64,000 nucleotides of DNA from an uncultured Clostridium sp. (GCA_946402315.1 CAMIWC010000005.1:854-64853); one strand, 5' to 3'; shown: positions 27,685-38,031, counted from the stretch's first letter. The notes: a model not told the origin generated them from the letters alone. A program made the numbers and translations.

Positions 27685-29132
27685 TATTTTACCTCCCTAG
27701 GATCTAAATCTAGTTTTAATTTATCTTCTAGAAAAGCAGCTAATTGATACATTGTAGCTTCATCCCAAGAATCTCCAATTATTTGAAGTCCAATTGGCAT
27801 ATGATCCTTATTAAATCCAATTGGTACATTCATTCCTGGAAGTCCTGCCATATTAGCTGGGAATACTAATGCATCATCATAGAATGATCTTAATGGATCA
27901 TTTAATCCTTCATCTTGTGAATAAGCTACTGTTGTAGCATTAGGTCCAATTATTAAATCATACTTTTTAAATGCTTCTTCAAAAGATTCACGAATTCCAT
28001 TTCTTATTTGAAGAGCTTTATTGTAATAAATCTTAGCATTATCTCCACTAAGAAGATAAGAACCAACCATTATACGACGTTTTACTTCTTCTCCAAATCC
28101 TTCTCCTCTAGTCTTTCCGTATAGTTCATCAACACTTTCAGGATCTTCAACAGAGTATCCGTATCTAACTCCATCAAAACGAGCTAAGTTACTACTTGCT
28201 TCACCCATACCAATAATTTGGTATAAAGTAACAGCATTCTCAATATAATCTATATCTATGTAATCAATAGTTGCTCCCTCTTTTTTAAGAAGTTCAATTA
28301 TTTCATCAGTTTTTTCTTTTACTTCATCAGATACAATGTCACTAACGAAGAAATTTGGTACTGCTATTTTCATACCTTTAATAGATTCACCTATTTTTCT
28401 AGTAAAATCTTCTATTTCTCTATGACTACTAGTAAGATCTTTATCATCTCTACCAGAAATAGCACCTAATAAAACAGCATTTTCATAAACATTTCTAGTC
28501 ATAGGACCAATTTGGTCTAGACTTGAACCAAAAGCAATTAGTCCATAACGAGATACTCTTCCATAAGTTGGTTTCATACCAACAATTCCACAATAACTAG
28601 ATGGTTGTCTAATACTTCCACCAGTATCACTACCTAGAGCAAATGGAACTAATCTACCACTTACAGCAGCAGCACTTCCTCCACTACTTCCACCAGTTAT
28701 TTTAGTTTTATCCCATGGATTTAATGGTGCTCCAAAGAAACTAGTTCTACTAGTTGAACCCATAGCAAATTCATCCATGTTTGCTTTACCAATAATAATC
28801 ATATTAGCAGCATTAATATGCTCTACTACAGTAGCGTCATATATAGGTATAAAATTATCTAAAATATGAGAAGCAGCTGTAGTAAGAAGTCCATTAGTAC
28901 AAATATTATCTTTAACAGCTATTGGAAGCCCAAATAATAAACCATCTACTTCTTTAGACTCTAGTTCTTCTGCTCTTTTAATAGCTCCTTCTTTATCTAG
29001 GGTAATAAAAGCATTTAAATCACTTTTTTCTATACGATCAAAAGCTTCATTAACTAGATCTATTGGTTTAATTTTATGTTCTTTTAATAACTTATTTATT
29101 TCTCTTATATCTAAATCCAAATAATTATTCAT
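27684..29132 (-). CDS. gatA: Glutamyl-tRNA(Gln) amidotransferase subunit A
   Basis: Amidase signature GGSSGGSAAAV...GSDTGGSIRQP. Confidence 0.95.
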   Translation of the reverse strand: MNNYLDLDIREINKLLKEHKIKPIDLVNEAFDRIEKSDLNAFITLDKEGAIKRAEELESKEVDGLLFGLPIAVKDNICTNGLLTTAASHILDNFIPIYDATVVEHINAANMIIIGKANMDEFAMGSTSRTSFFGAPLNPWDKTKITGGSSGGSAAAVSGRLVPFALGSDTGGSIRQPSSYCGIVGMKPTYGRVSRYGLIAFGSSLDQIGPMTRNVYENAVLLGAISGRDDKDLTSSHREIEDFTRKIGESIKGMKIAVPNFFVSDIVSDEVKEKTDEIIELLKKEGATIDYIDIDYIENAVTLYQIIGMGEASSNLARFDGVRYGYSVEDPESVDELYGKTRGEGFGEEVKRRIMVGSYLLSGDNAKIYYNKALQIRNGIRESFEEAFKKYDLIIGPNATTVAYSQDEGLNDPLRSFYDDALVFPANMAGLPGMNVPIGFNKDHMPIGLQIIGDSWDEATMYQLAAFLEDKLKLDLDPREVK

Positions 29133-29421
29133 CTATCATCACCGGTACTTCCACAAAATTACCATTACTTACAGGTACATTTTTCATTATTTCTTCAGGA
29201 TCAAGCATTTCTCCAGCAACGTCCTCTCTTAAAGTTGCTTTTTCAGTAGTAGGATTAATTAATCTATCTTCTTTTTTCAATTCTACATCTTTTATTTTAT
29301 CTACATCATCCATCAAAGTTTTTAATTGATATCTATATTTTTCTATTTCTTCTTCGGTTAAATCTATTCTCGCAAGTCTTGCAACATGTAATACTTCTTC
29401 TCTTGTTAAACAATCAGACAT
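29125..29421 (-). CDS. gatC: Asp/Glu-tRNA amidotransferase subunit C
   Basis: LTREEVLHVARLARIDLTEEE. Start moved to the ATG with SD GGAGGGA. Overlaps gatA. Confidence 0.9.
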   Translation of the reverse strand: MSDCLTREEVLHVARLARIDLTEEEIEKYRYQLKTLMDDVDKIKDVELKKEDRLINPTTEKATLREDVAGEMLDPEEIMKNVPVSNGNFVEVPVMIDE

Positions 29422-29520
29422 TGTAATCCCTCCATACATAATTTCTAAATTATTATAACAAATATATATATTAATTTAAACACTTTTAAACAAATAAAAA
29501 AGTTCGTATGAACGAACTTT

Positions 29521-30006
29521 TTATTTTTTAAATGTTTTAATTAGAGTTACAGCAGTTCTAGGTGTTATAGCACTATCAACTTCATATTCTTCTACACCTT
29601 TACTATTAACTCTATAGAAATCTATTGGTTTATCAGATAGATTGTCTTCTTCAATACTACGATTTGTTTCATCGAACATCTTTTTAATAGTAAAATCACA
29701 AGACTCATATCCTTCTAATTGTTCTTTTGCTTTACTAATAAAATCTGCCGAACTAGTGTATCCACATCTCTTCAATGTAGCCTTTACTATTTTATTATCA
29801 AAAATACTAGGTTTTAGTTCTAGTCTTTTAACAACTTCGCTTCTAATTGCGTCATATCTATATAGTAATTCGATAGGTCCAGATACGATCCCTTTTTTTA
29901 CTAATACAGATCTTTCACCAATCTTTCTTAAATTGTCTCTTCTAAATGTTATATCACATGTAGTTAAATATGCATCTAACATTCCTTCATATAAATTTCT
30001 GCTCAT
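29521..30006 (-). CDS. Hypothetical protein
   Basis: 161-aa ORF with its own terminator (AGTTCG/CGAACT hairpin at ~29500-29520). No recognizable motif. Confidence 0.5.
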   Translation of the reverse strand: MSRNLYEGMLDAYLTTCDITFRRDNLRKIGERSVLVKKGIVSGPIELLYRYDAIRSEVVKRLELKPSIFDNKIVKATLKRCGYTSSADFISKAKEQLEGYESCDFTIKKMFDETNRSIEEDNLSDKPIDFYRVNSKGVEEYEVDSAITPRTAVTLIKTFKK

Positions 30007-30113
30007 TAAAAATACCCCCTCTTTAATGACGCATTAAATATTATCACAAATAATATCAATAATAAATTTTACAGACTTTTTTGTTCCAATTAATGTATAT
30101 ATATAACACTTTA

Positions 30114-31715
30114 TTAACTTAAACCTATTATATTTAGGTTATCATCGATGTCTATCTTCTCATAATTAGGTTTTTTAGGTAATCCCGGCATTGTTAAGGT
30201 AGTTCCCATTAAAACTACTATAAATCCAGCACCTGTATAAAACTCTATATCTCTGATGTGCATTGTATGTCCGGTAGGATACCCTAATACCTTGGGATCA
30301 TCTGTGATAGAATACTGAGTTTTAGAAATACATACAGGTAAATGCTCTAAGTCTAATCTTTTTATTTCATTTAATTTATCTAGTGCTTCTTTACTATAAG
30401 TAATCTTACTAGCATGATAGATATTAGCACATATCTTTTCTATTTTTTCTTCTACTGAATCATCTAATGAATATAAAAATCTAAATTCATTTTTCTTTTC
30501 TAAAACATTAAGCACTTCATTAGCAAGTACTACTGAACCAACTCCACCTTTAGAATAGCTATCAGATATAACAAATGGAACATTATAACATTCACAACAT
30601 TTTCTAACTATATCAATCTCTTCTAAAGAATCTGTTTCATATTTATTTAAACATACTATTAAATTAGAATTAAATTTAAGCATATTTTCTATATGAACGT
30701 TTAAGTTAGGTAGTCCTTTATATACAGCTTCAATATTTCTTTTAGTATAATCTTCCAATCCGCCATTATATTTTAAAGCTTTAATTGTACATACTAGTAC
30801 TACACAATCTGGTTTAATCTTAGCTTTACGACATTTTATATCAAAAAATTTCTCAGCTCCTAAATCAGAACCAAATCCAGCTTCAGTTACAACATAGTCA
30901 GCCAATTTCATACCTAATTTAGTTGCGATAATACTATTACATCCAATAGATATATTAGCAAAAGGTCCTCCATGTATTAAAACAGGACTATTTTCTAAAG
31001 TTTGAACAAGATTAGGATTAATTGCATCTTTTAAAATAACAGTTAAGCTACCTTCTAAGTCTAAATCTTTTACATATACTGGTTTATCATTCATATCATA
31101 AGCAATCATAATATTACCTAGATTCTTTTTTAAATCATGAATATCATTAGATAAACAGAATACACTCATAACTTCACTAGCAGCAGTTATATTAAATCCT
31201 TTTCTAAGTTCTCTATCATTAACATCTAAACATCTTTTAAATAAAATTCTATCTTTATTAATATTTAATTCATTACCTTGATAAATATGATTATAGATAG
31301 CAGCACTAATTAAATTATTAGCAGTTGTGATAGCATGCATATCTCCGGTAAAATGAAGATTTATATCATCCATAGGTACTACTTGAGCAAATCCTCCTCC
31401 AGTAGCGCCTCCTTTATATCCAAATACAGGTCCTAAAGAAGGTTCTCTAAGTACTCCTATAGCTTTCTTTTTCATATATCTAAGTCCATCTAATAAACCA
31501 ATACTTACAGTTGTTTTTCCTTCTCCTAATGGCGTTGGATTAATAGCAGTTACTAAGATTAGTTTTCCAGTATGACCAGTCATAATATCATTGAACTTAA
31601 TCTTAGCTTTATAATCACCATATCTTTCAACTAATTCAGAATCAATTCCTAAATCAGTTGCGATATCTATTATTTTCTTTTTCTTAATTGATCTAGCTAT
31701 ATCTATATCATTCAT
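30114..31715 (-). CDS. fhs: Formate--tetrahydrofolate ligase
   Basis: PTPLGEGKTT P-loop and strong family-wide similarity. Start moved to MNDIDIARS with SD GGTGG. Confidence 0.95.
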   Translation of the reverse strand: MNDIDIARSIKKKKIIDIATDLGIDSELVERYGDYKAKIKFNDIMTGHTGKLILVTAINPTPLGEGKTTVSIGLLDGLRYMKKKAIGVLREPSLGPVFGYKGGATGGGFAQVVPMDDINLHFTGDMHAITTANNLISAAIYNHIYQGNELNINKDRILFKRCLDVNDRELRKGFNITAASEVMSVFCLSNDIHDLKKNLGNIMIAYDMNDKPVYVKDLDLEGSLTVILKDAINPNLVQTLENSPVLIHGGPFANISIGCNSIIATKLGMKLADYVVTEAGFGSDLGAEKFFDIKCRKAKIKPDCVVLVCTIKALKYNGGLEDYTKRNIEAVYKGLPNLNVHIENMLKFNSNLIVCLNKYETDSLEEIDIVRKCCECYNVPFVISDSYSKGGVGSVVLANEVLNVLEKKNEFRFLYSLDDSVEEKIEKICANIYHASKITYSKEALDKLNEIKRLDLEHLPVCISKTQYSITDDPKVLGYPTGHTMHIRDIEFYTGAGFIVVLMGTTLTMPGLPKKPNYEKIDIDDNLNIIGLS

Positions 31716-31795
31716 ACTACCACCATTATAATTATACAAAAAATACACTTATTTTCCAATTTATTTAAGAAATCTTTTTATATTTTATTATATTT

Positions 31796-31804
31796 TGATA
31801 TAAT
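31796..31804 (+). promoter_or_regulatory. Extended -10 promoter (TGATATAAT) for the four-gene AAA+ operon
   Basis: TG-A-TATAAT lies 22 nt upstream of the SD-preceded ATG at 31827. Confidence 0.5.
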
Positions 31805-31826
31805 TAATATGATAGAGGGTGAAAAG

Positions 31827-33557
31827 ATGGCTAGTAATGAGGCGTTGGTACTTAGTGCCGCTAATTTGGAAATCATTGAAAAAAATCTAGGCAGTCTTGC
31901 TAATAACGTTGGTACAGTTAATGCTAACGTAGAACACGTTGACTCTAAAGTTAATAAAGTTACTAACAGTGTTAAAACAATAGAAGACGAAATTAAAAAC
32001 TTTATGGTAGAAATCCGAGGAACTACCATTGTTTCTAATGCCAAACAATCTATTACTATGGATCAAGATGAAATAAATAAACAATATGGTCACTACGACA
32101 GTGTTAGAAGAAAAGTAAATGGAATTTTCCAAGCAGCTGATATAAATTCAGTTAGAAAATCAACTATTGAAAATATAAGTGAACAAGTAATAATAGATAC
32201 ACCTAACTATTGGCTTGCTCCTGCACTAGTAGCAATTTGTGCTTGGTTTAATAACAACAAAGATTTAGCTAATCGTGCTTTAAAAGAAGCAATGACTAGA
32301 GATGATGAAAAAACAAGTTTATTGTTCTGTCTTATTCATTTAAGAGCAGGAAGACGAGATACATCTCTTCGTTGGTTAAGAAGATATCTAGATATGCAAG
32401 ATCCTACTAAAATGGAAAATAAGATCATTACTATTCTAGATGCAATTACTAATGGAACATTTGATATAGAAGCTAGAACTATGTGTCTAGATAAAATAAA
32501 TAAATGGATGACTGAACTAGAATCTCAACCAGGATATAGGGATACTCAAGTAGATAGATGGACTACTTTCTTAAATAGTTTTGTTAAGAATGAAGAAGAA
32601 TCTTTCTTCTATATCAAGAACTATACTAATCAACATGATCAAGTTATAAAAATATTAGATGTTACTAAATCAGAAAAGAATATTCTTGATGAATTAAGAA
32701 ATATTATTAAAGAAGATAATGGTCCTAAAATATCTAGAGAAGCTGAAATAGATAAAATAATTAATATGTTAGTATTTAACTATGAAAATGATGAATTAGA
32801 ACTACGTAAAGATATAGCTAAAAACAAACTTATTGTTGAGGAAAATGGAAATGTTACTAAAGCATTGGAAAGATTTAAAGAAACAGAATTTGCTTATCTT
32901 AAATCTATTGATTTCTATTCTCAATTAAGTAATGTTGTTCTAGAAAATAAATTTATTAAACCTACAGTTAATACTAGAAAGATGGCTATGGCCTTATCCA
33001 AGAACTTTATCTTAGAAGCTTATAATAAAAATATTAATAATAATGTTCAAAATGAAAATTTAAATATAGAAATTCATATAGGTACATGGAACAACAATAC
33101 AATAGATGGATCTAATGAAAAAGAATTAGTAGCTGATCTATATAAACATATAGATACTGAAACAGAAACTGAAATCTATGGAAAGAGATTATTTGATACT
33201 AAGATGATGCTTATTACTATAATTGCTGTTATTCTAGCAGTAATAATAAGTATATCAATGAAACCAATAGTTGGATTAGTTGTTATCGCAGGTGCTATTA
33301 TTTGTGATGCTTATATGTTCTTTGTTAATTATTCTGAAAGAGATAGTAAGATTAAGAAAAGAGAAGCTAGAAAAACTAATGAAAGAGCTATTCTACTTAA
33401 TACTATTGCTGAAATTGTAGATTTTAAATTCTTATATAGAGATGGTAAAAAATATCAAAATGAAATAATAGGATTTATTAATTCATTAGATTATAGAAAT
33501 TATGTAAAACTAGAAAATAATTCTAGAAATATAATGGTAGGTGATAGAAATGGATAA
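31827..33557 (+). CDS. Coiled-coil / helical-repeat protein with a C-terminal two-TM hairpin (unknown family)
   Basis: Start at MASNEAL (SD GAGGGTG). N-terminal heptad-like segment LEIIEKNLGSLANNVGTVNANVEHVDSKVNKVTNSVKTIEDEIKNF. W/R-rich helical region (YWLAPALVAICAWF...LRWLRRYL). Two adjacent hydrophobic helices, MMLITIIAVILAVIISI and IVGLVVIAGAIICDAYMFFV. Confidence 0.7.
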   Translation: MASNEALVLSAANLEIIEKNLGSLANNVGTVNANVEHVDSKVNKVTNSVKTIEDEIKNFMVEIRGTTIVSNAKQSITMDQDEINKQYGHYDSVRRKVNGIFQAADINSVRKSTIENISEQVIIDTPNYWLAPALVAICAWFNNNKDLANRALKEAMTRDDEKTSLLFCLIHLRAGRRDTSLRWLRRYLDMQDPTKMENKIITILDAITNGTFDIEARTMCLDKINKWMTELESQPGYRDTQVDRWTTFLNSFVKNEEESFFYIKNYTNQHDQVIKILDVTKSEKNILDELRNIIKEDNGPKISREAEIDKIINMLVFNYENDELELRKDIAKNKLIVEENGNVTKALERFKETEFAYLKSIDFYSQLSNVVLENKFIKPTVNTRKMAMALSKNFILEAYNKNINNNVQNENLNIEIHIGTWNNNTIDGSNEKELVADLYKHIDTETETEIYGKRLFDTKMMLITIIAVILAVIISISMKPIVGLVVIAGAIICDAYMFFVNYSERDSKIKKREARKTNERAILLNTIAEIVDFKFLYRDGKKYQNEIIGFINSLDYRNYVKLENNSRNIMVGDRNG

Positions 33558-33726
33558 TAACTTAGATTTTTTAGAACCTAAAACTAATCTATTTAAAGAA
33601 GTAGATCAAGAAAGAAGAGAAAAAGAAAAAGTAATTGATCCTAATTCAGAAGAATTTATAAATGGACTTCCTGATTGGGATTTAGTACCTCCATATGAAG
33701 GTGTAAGGAGGGTAAGTAGACAATGA
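33550..33726 (+). CDS. Small acidic protein (58 aa) with a C-terminal LPDWDLVPPYEG motif
   Basis: SD AGGTGA sits 5 nt before the ATG. The start overlaps the upstream stop (ATGGATAA) and the stop overlaps the next start (ATGA). Confidence 0.55.
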   Translation: MDNNLDFLEPKTNLFKEVDQERREKEKVIDPNSEEFINGLPDWDLVPPYEGVRRVSRQ

Positions 33727-34154
33727 CATATTATGAATGGATCAGTTATATAGAAAATTTAAAACATAATGTTGTTACTGATGAAATAATTAATCAAATT
33801 AATGGTGCTAATATTACTTATACTGGTGATATAAGAGTTAGATTCTTAAATCATATCGTAGATGTAATTAATTATAGATTAAATGAATCATTAGATAATT
33901 TCTATATAAAACTAAATACTATATCTCAAGATAGAGATAACTTATTATTAGAAATAAATTATTTAAAAAATGAAATGGTTATTGCTAAGAAATTAGCTTC
34001 TATTAAACATTTCGATGATAATACTAGAAAAGCATTACTAGATAATATATATAAACTAGGTGCTGATATGAATGAACAAATAAAAGAAGGATTTGCTAAT
34101 GTTAATGATCAGGGAATACTTATGATTATTAATAATTTAGATTTAAATAGTTAG
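33723..34154 (+). CDS. 143-aa all-helical protein (unknown family)
   Basis: ATGA overlap with the preceding ORF. The sequence reads as predominantly helical. No recognizable motif. Confidence 0.6.
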   Translation: MTYYEWISYIENLKHNVVTDEIINQINGANITYTGDIRVRFLNHIVDVINYRLNESLDNFYIKLNTISQDRDNLLLEINYLKNEMVIAKKLASIKHFDDNTRKALLDNIYKLGADMNEQIKEGFANVNDQGILMIINNLDLNS

Positions 34155-34163
34155 GAGGATATT

Positions 34164-35774
34164 ATGAATTATAATGAAACTAAAGAAACAATAATGAATT
34201 ATATAGTTGCTAGAATTCCTTTTATAGGAATAAATACTATTGAAAAAGGTAGAACTTTATCTTTACTAAGAGAAATAAGTAAAGAAACAAATACCAATAT
34301 GAAAGTTCATAGTATGTCTAATGGTTTTACTAACTTAGTAAGTGGAGAAGTATATAATAATGATAAGTTATTAATGGGTGCATTAGATTTTATAGCTAAA
34401 GAGCTTCAAACTAGTGAAAATCAAATCTATGTACTTAGTGATGTATCTGATTTAGATACTGAAAATATTACTTCAAGATATCTTGCTGATTTAGCAAATC
34501 TTGCTGAAGAAAAGTCTTCTGTTATTATTGTAATTACTGCTAATCCTATATGGGTTCAATTACAAAGACAAGGTATGATGGTAGACTTTGAACTTCCTGA
34601 TGAAGAAGAAATATTTAATTTAGTAGTAGAAAGTATTAGACCATATCAAAATCAAATAACTATTGAATGGGATAAAAACGATGTTATGGAAGTAGCAAAC
34701 ATTCTATTAGGATTAAGTTCAGTAGAAATTAAAAATGTAATAGCTACTCTAATAGCTGGTGGATCATTATTAAAAGATGATTTAGTACAATTAAAATTTG
34801 CTAAAGATAGTATGTTCTCAGATATTAATGGACTAGAGAAGATTACAGTAGAAGAAGACTTAGCCTTTGGAGGACTTAAAAATCTTAAAGAATGGTTAGA
34901 TGAAAAAGCAAAATTACTTAATCCAGAAAAAAGAGAACAAATGAAACAAAGAGGTATTAAACCTCCAAGAGGAATACTTTTAATGGGAGTTCCTGGATGT
35001 GGAAAGAGTTTATCATCTAAAGCAATTGCTCAACGTTGGCAAAGGCCATTATATAGATTAGACTTTGCTACTATTCAAGGTAGATATGTAGGACAAAGTG
35101 AACAACAATTAAAAGAAGCATTTGATACTGCAGAACATGTATCTCCATGTATCCTATGGATCGATGAGATTGAAAAAGGATTAGCTGGAGATAATGATTC
35201 TTCTGGAGTTACTCAAAGATTAATTGGACAATTCTTATTCTGGTTACAAGAATGTAAAAAAGATGTATTTGTAGTAGCTACTGCCAATAACGTTGATAAA
35301 CTACCACCAGAATTACTAAGAAAAGGAAGATTTGATGAATTATTCTTTATCGATTTACCAACAAGTAACGAAAGAAAAGAAATAATAAATCTATACTTAA
35401 ATAAGTACTTTGAAAAAACAGAGAATACTGAAATAATTAATCAATTACTTCCACTAACAGAAAACTATAGTGGTTCTGATATTGAAGCAGTACTAAGAGA
35501 TTTAGCTTATAACTGTATTGCTGAAAATATTGAAATAACTCAACAAATGGTAATAGATGCTTTTAAGAACTCTGTTTCAATGTATAATACTAATAAAGAA
35601 AAAGTTGAAAAGATTAGAAACTGGGCTAAAGATAGAACAATTAATGCTTCAGCTGAAGAAAGTAAACCAGTTGAAACTGCACCAGTACAACAACCAGTAC
35701 AACCTACTTATACACCACCAGTAACACCTAATCCAGTACCTCCAACAGGAAGTACAACACCAACTACATTTTAG
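34164..35774 (+). CDS. Classic-clade AAA+ ATPase with a degenerate N-terminal AAA-like half and a Pro/Thr/Gln-rich tail
   Basis: SD AGGAGG. D2 has Walker A GVPGCGKS, Walker B ILWIDEIEK and SRH-like TANNVDKLPPELLRKGRFD. The N-terminal half has an AAA-like layout but EKGRT replaces the GK[ST] P-loop. The tail is PVETAPVQQPVQPTYTPPVTPNPVPPTG. Confidence 0.85.
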   Translation: MNYNETKETIMNYIVARIPFIGINTIEKGRTLSLLREISKETNTNMKVHSMSNGFTNLVSGEVYNNDKLLMGALDFIAKELQTSENQIYVLSDVSDLDTENITSRYLADLANLAEEKSSVIIVITANPIWVQLQRQGMMVDFELPDEEEIFNLVVESIRPYQNQITIEWDKNDVMEVANILLGLSSVEIKNVIATLIAGGSLLKDDLVQLKFAKDSMFSDINGLEKITVEEDLAFGGLKNLKEWLDEKAKLLNPEKREQMKQRGIKPPRGILLMGVPGCGKSLSSKAIAQRWQRPLYRLDFATIQGRYVGQSEQQLKEAFDTAEHVSPCILWIDEIEKGLAGDNDSSGVTQRLIGQFLFWLQECKKDVFVVATANNVDKLPPELLRKGRFDELFFIDLPTSNERKEIINLYLNKYFEKTENTEIINQLLPLTENYSGSDIEAVLRDLAYNCIAENIEITQQMVIDAFKNSVSMYNTNKEKVEKIRNWAKDRTINASAEESKPVETAPVQQPVQPTYTPPVTPNPVPPTGSTTPTTF

Positions 35775-35781
35775 TTAATAA

Positions 35782-35805
35782 AAAAGATGCCAAACGGCAT
35801 CTTTT
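35782..35805. terminator. Bidirectional intrinsic terminator
   Basis: AAAAGATGCC-AAAC-GGCATCTTTT between convergent genes. Confidence 0.65.
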
Positions 35806-37364
35806 TAAATGTACTTTTTATTTCTAATTCTAATAAATAGATAAGCAACAAATACAAATAGAACAACTAAGCAATAATTAAATTCTCTTCCGGTAGCTGG
35901 ATTATCAGGAACTAAATCAGCTTCTGTTACTTCTATTTCATAAACATATACTGTAGCCCCTATTTGATAAGTTATAGTTGTTTTACCTACCTTTAAAGGT
36001 ATTATTTTACCATCTACTATTTTTACTATTTCAGGATCTTCTATTTGGTATGATATTTCAGGATGTTCTTCTAATTGTTCTAGCAAATAATCCTCTTGTT
36101 CAGAAATACTTACACTTTCATTAATAATATCTGAAGCAAGTATATATGGAGAATCTAGAGATCCATCTCCATCAACAACATATATATCTTCTTTTAAATA
36201 TATTTCTGGTTTTACATTACTTCCATTTAATCCATCCGCAAAGCATCTATTCTTAGAACATAAATTGGTCCTATTATAGTCATCATAAGATATTAATCCA
36301 GAAGTTAAATAAAATGTTTCATTTTTTTGTGATGGATAAACTATATAAGAATTAATTGAATAATTATCATATTGGGTACTATATTGATCTCCATCATATC
36401 CTGAATATAAAATATCAGTTTCAGATACTAAACCAATGTAATTAGTATAAGAATAAGAACTGTTTTTATCTAATTCATATAAATCATTTAATGATATAGT
36501 TTTATCCCATGTAGAAGGTAAACTATATATAGTCCATTTAGCTTTATCAACATAATCTAACAAATACTCATTAAATGTTACAACACCTTGATCTTTAATA
36601 TAATTAGGTAGATCTATATCAGTATACATATATGTTTTACCATTAATATATGTATTATTTAAATAATTCTCTAAATTATTCATATATGGAGTAGCGTCTC
36701 CAGTTGTAAATCCAGGATAGAAGGAATTAATACTTTCATAACGTACTAATTTTACTTTTTTACTTGAAGTACCATCACCGTTGTCAACATTATTAAATAC
36801 TCCTACTATTCTCCATAATTCATGTACATAACCACTCTTTTTCTCACATGTTATATAGTTATCTAACCAAAGATAATTCTTTAGACTATTACATGTTTCC
36901 ATACTAGAATACATATCTTGTGAAGCACTATTTACAAATGAATTAAAAGGTAATTCAAAATATATATAATAATAATCACTATTATCTTTTTTCCTACATT
37001 CACCTGATATGTTAGGATAATTGTGTGCATATTGCTCCGTATAATAATTTAGCGTTTGTACACATTCATCTTCAGAATAATCTGGAGATTCATAAGAACT
37101 ATTTAGTCTATTTAGAAAAGCTAACATATCTCCTTTTATCATAGGAACATAATACTCTTTATTATAACTACCTAGATAAACATAGTTATTAGGATCTGAC
37201 CCAGTATATCTTAAATTATTATCGCTAGTATTATCTCTTTTTAAAGATGAATCATTTAAGTTCTCTATATATGTAGATACTTTTAAATCTTCTTTTCCTT
37301 CAGCAAGAACTATACTAGGAAATAATACTATCAGAATTATAAATAACAATATATGTTTTTTCAT
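35805..37364 (-). CDS. Secreted Cys-containing protein with a Big_2-like domain and an NPATG sortase-type sorting signal
   Basis: Signal peptide MKKHILLFIILIVLFPSIVLA. C-terminal NPATG followed by a hydrophobic stretch and RIRNKKYI. Ig-like segment before the anchor. Confidence 0.6.
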   Translation of the reverse strand: MKKHILLFIILIVLFPSIVLAEGKEDLKVSTYIENLNDSSLKRDNTSDNNLRYTGSDPNNYVYLGSYNKEYYVPMIKGDMLAFLNRLNSSYESPDYSEDECVQTLNYYTEQYAHNYPNISGECRKKDNSDYYYIYFELPFNSFVNSASQDMYSSMETCNSLKNYLWLDNYITCEKKSGYVHELWRIVGVFNNVDNGDGTSSKKVKLVRYESINSFYPGFTTGDATPYMNNLENYLNNTYINGKTYMYTDIDLPNYIKDQGVVTFNEYLLDYVDKAKWTIYSLPSTWDKTISLNDLYELDKNSSYSYTNYIGLVSETDILYSGYDGDQYSTQYDNYSINSYIVYPSQKNETFYLTSGLISYDDYNRTNLCSKNRCFADGLNGSNVKPEIYLKEDIYVVDGDGSLDSPYILASDIINESVSISEQEDYLLEQLEEHPEISYQIEDPEIVKIVDGKIIPLKVGKTTITYQIGATVYVYEIEVTEADLVPDNPATGREFNYCLVVLFVFVAYLFIRIRNKKYI

Positions 37365-37407
37365 ATTCCTCACCTATTTTAATTATAGTATAAAAAAAAG
37401 ACTATTT

Positions 37408-37941
37408 CTAGTCTTCTCTTGCTTTTCTAATTATAATAATAAGTCCAATTATAACAATAATTGCAGATACACCGATAATTAAATCTGTTGTCTTCTTATC
37501 TTTTTCTTTTTCATCATGAACCCAATTGTTTTCTTTTATTACTTTATCAACAATATTAGCTCTTTCAGTAGTATCTTTTTCATATTCTTCTGTTATAGCT
37601 TGAATAATTAATGCAGGATCTTCACTTGGAGCAAATCCAGAGAATGTTTCTTCTCCAATTATCATAAATGGAACTCCACTTACTTGTATACCTAAATATT
37701 CTCCAGTTAAGCTTAATAGTTCAGCATTCTTTTCATCTTCCCAAACTTCATACTTAACTAAATCAAATTTATCTCCATATTCATCTTCAATAGTACTAAA
37801 CCACTCTAGTAATTCTTGGCAATGTGGACAAGTAGATCCATGAAATAAATAAACATTAACAGGTGCTTTGGTTTGAGCAAATGCAGTAGTTGGTACAACT
37901 AACATCAAAGCAACGAATAATATGCAAAATAATTTTTTCAT
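37408..37941 (-). CDS. Exported thioredoxin-fold protein with a CPHC active site and a C-terminal TM anchor
   Basis: Signal peptide ending AFAQ, STCPHCQELLEW, and a C-terminal hydrophobic helix plus RKARED. Start moved to MKKLF (SD GGAGG). Confidence 0.7.
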   Translation of the reverse strand: MKKLFCILFVALMLVVPTTAFAQTKAPVNVYLFHGSTCPHCQELLEWFSTIEDEYGDKFDLVKYEVWEDEKNAELLSLTGEYLGIQVSGVPFMIIGEETFSGFAPSEDPALIIQAITEEYEKDTTERANIVDKVIKENNWVHDEKEKDKKTTDLIIGVSAIIVIIGLIIIIRKARED

Positions 37942-38031
37942 GATAAACCTCCTAAGGCATATTATAACACAATTCAAAAATAAAGTATATTTTTTTATTT
38001 CATCAAAAAAAGAGAGAAATCTCTCTTTATT

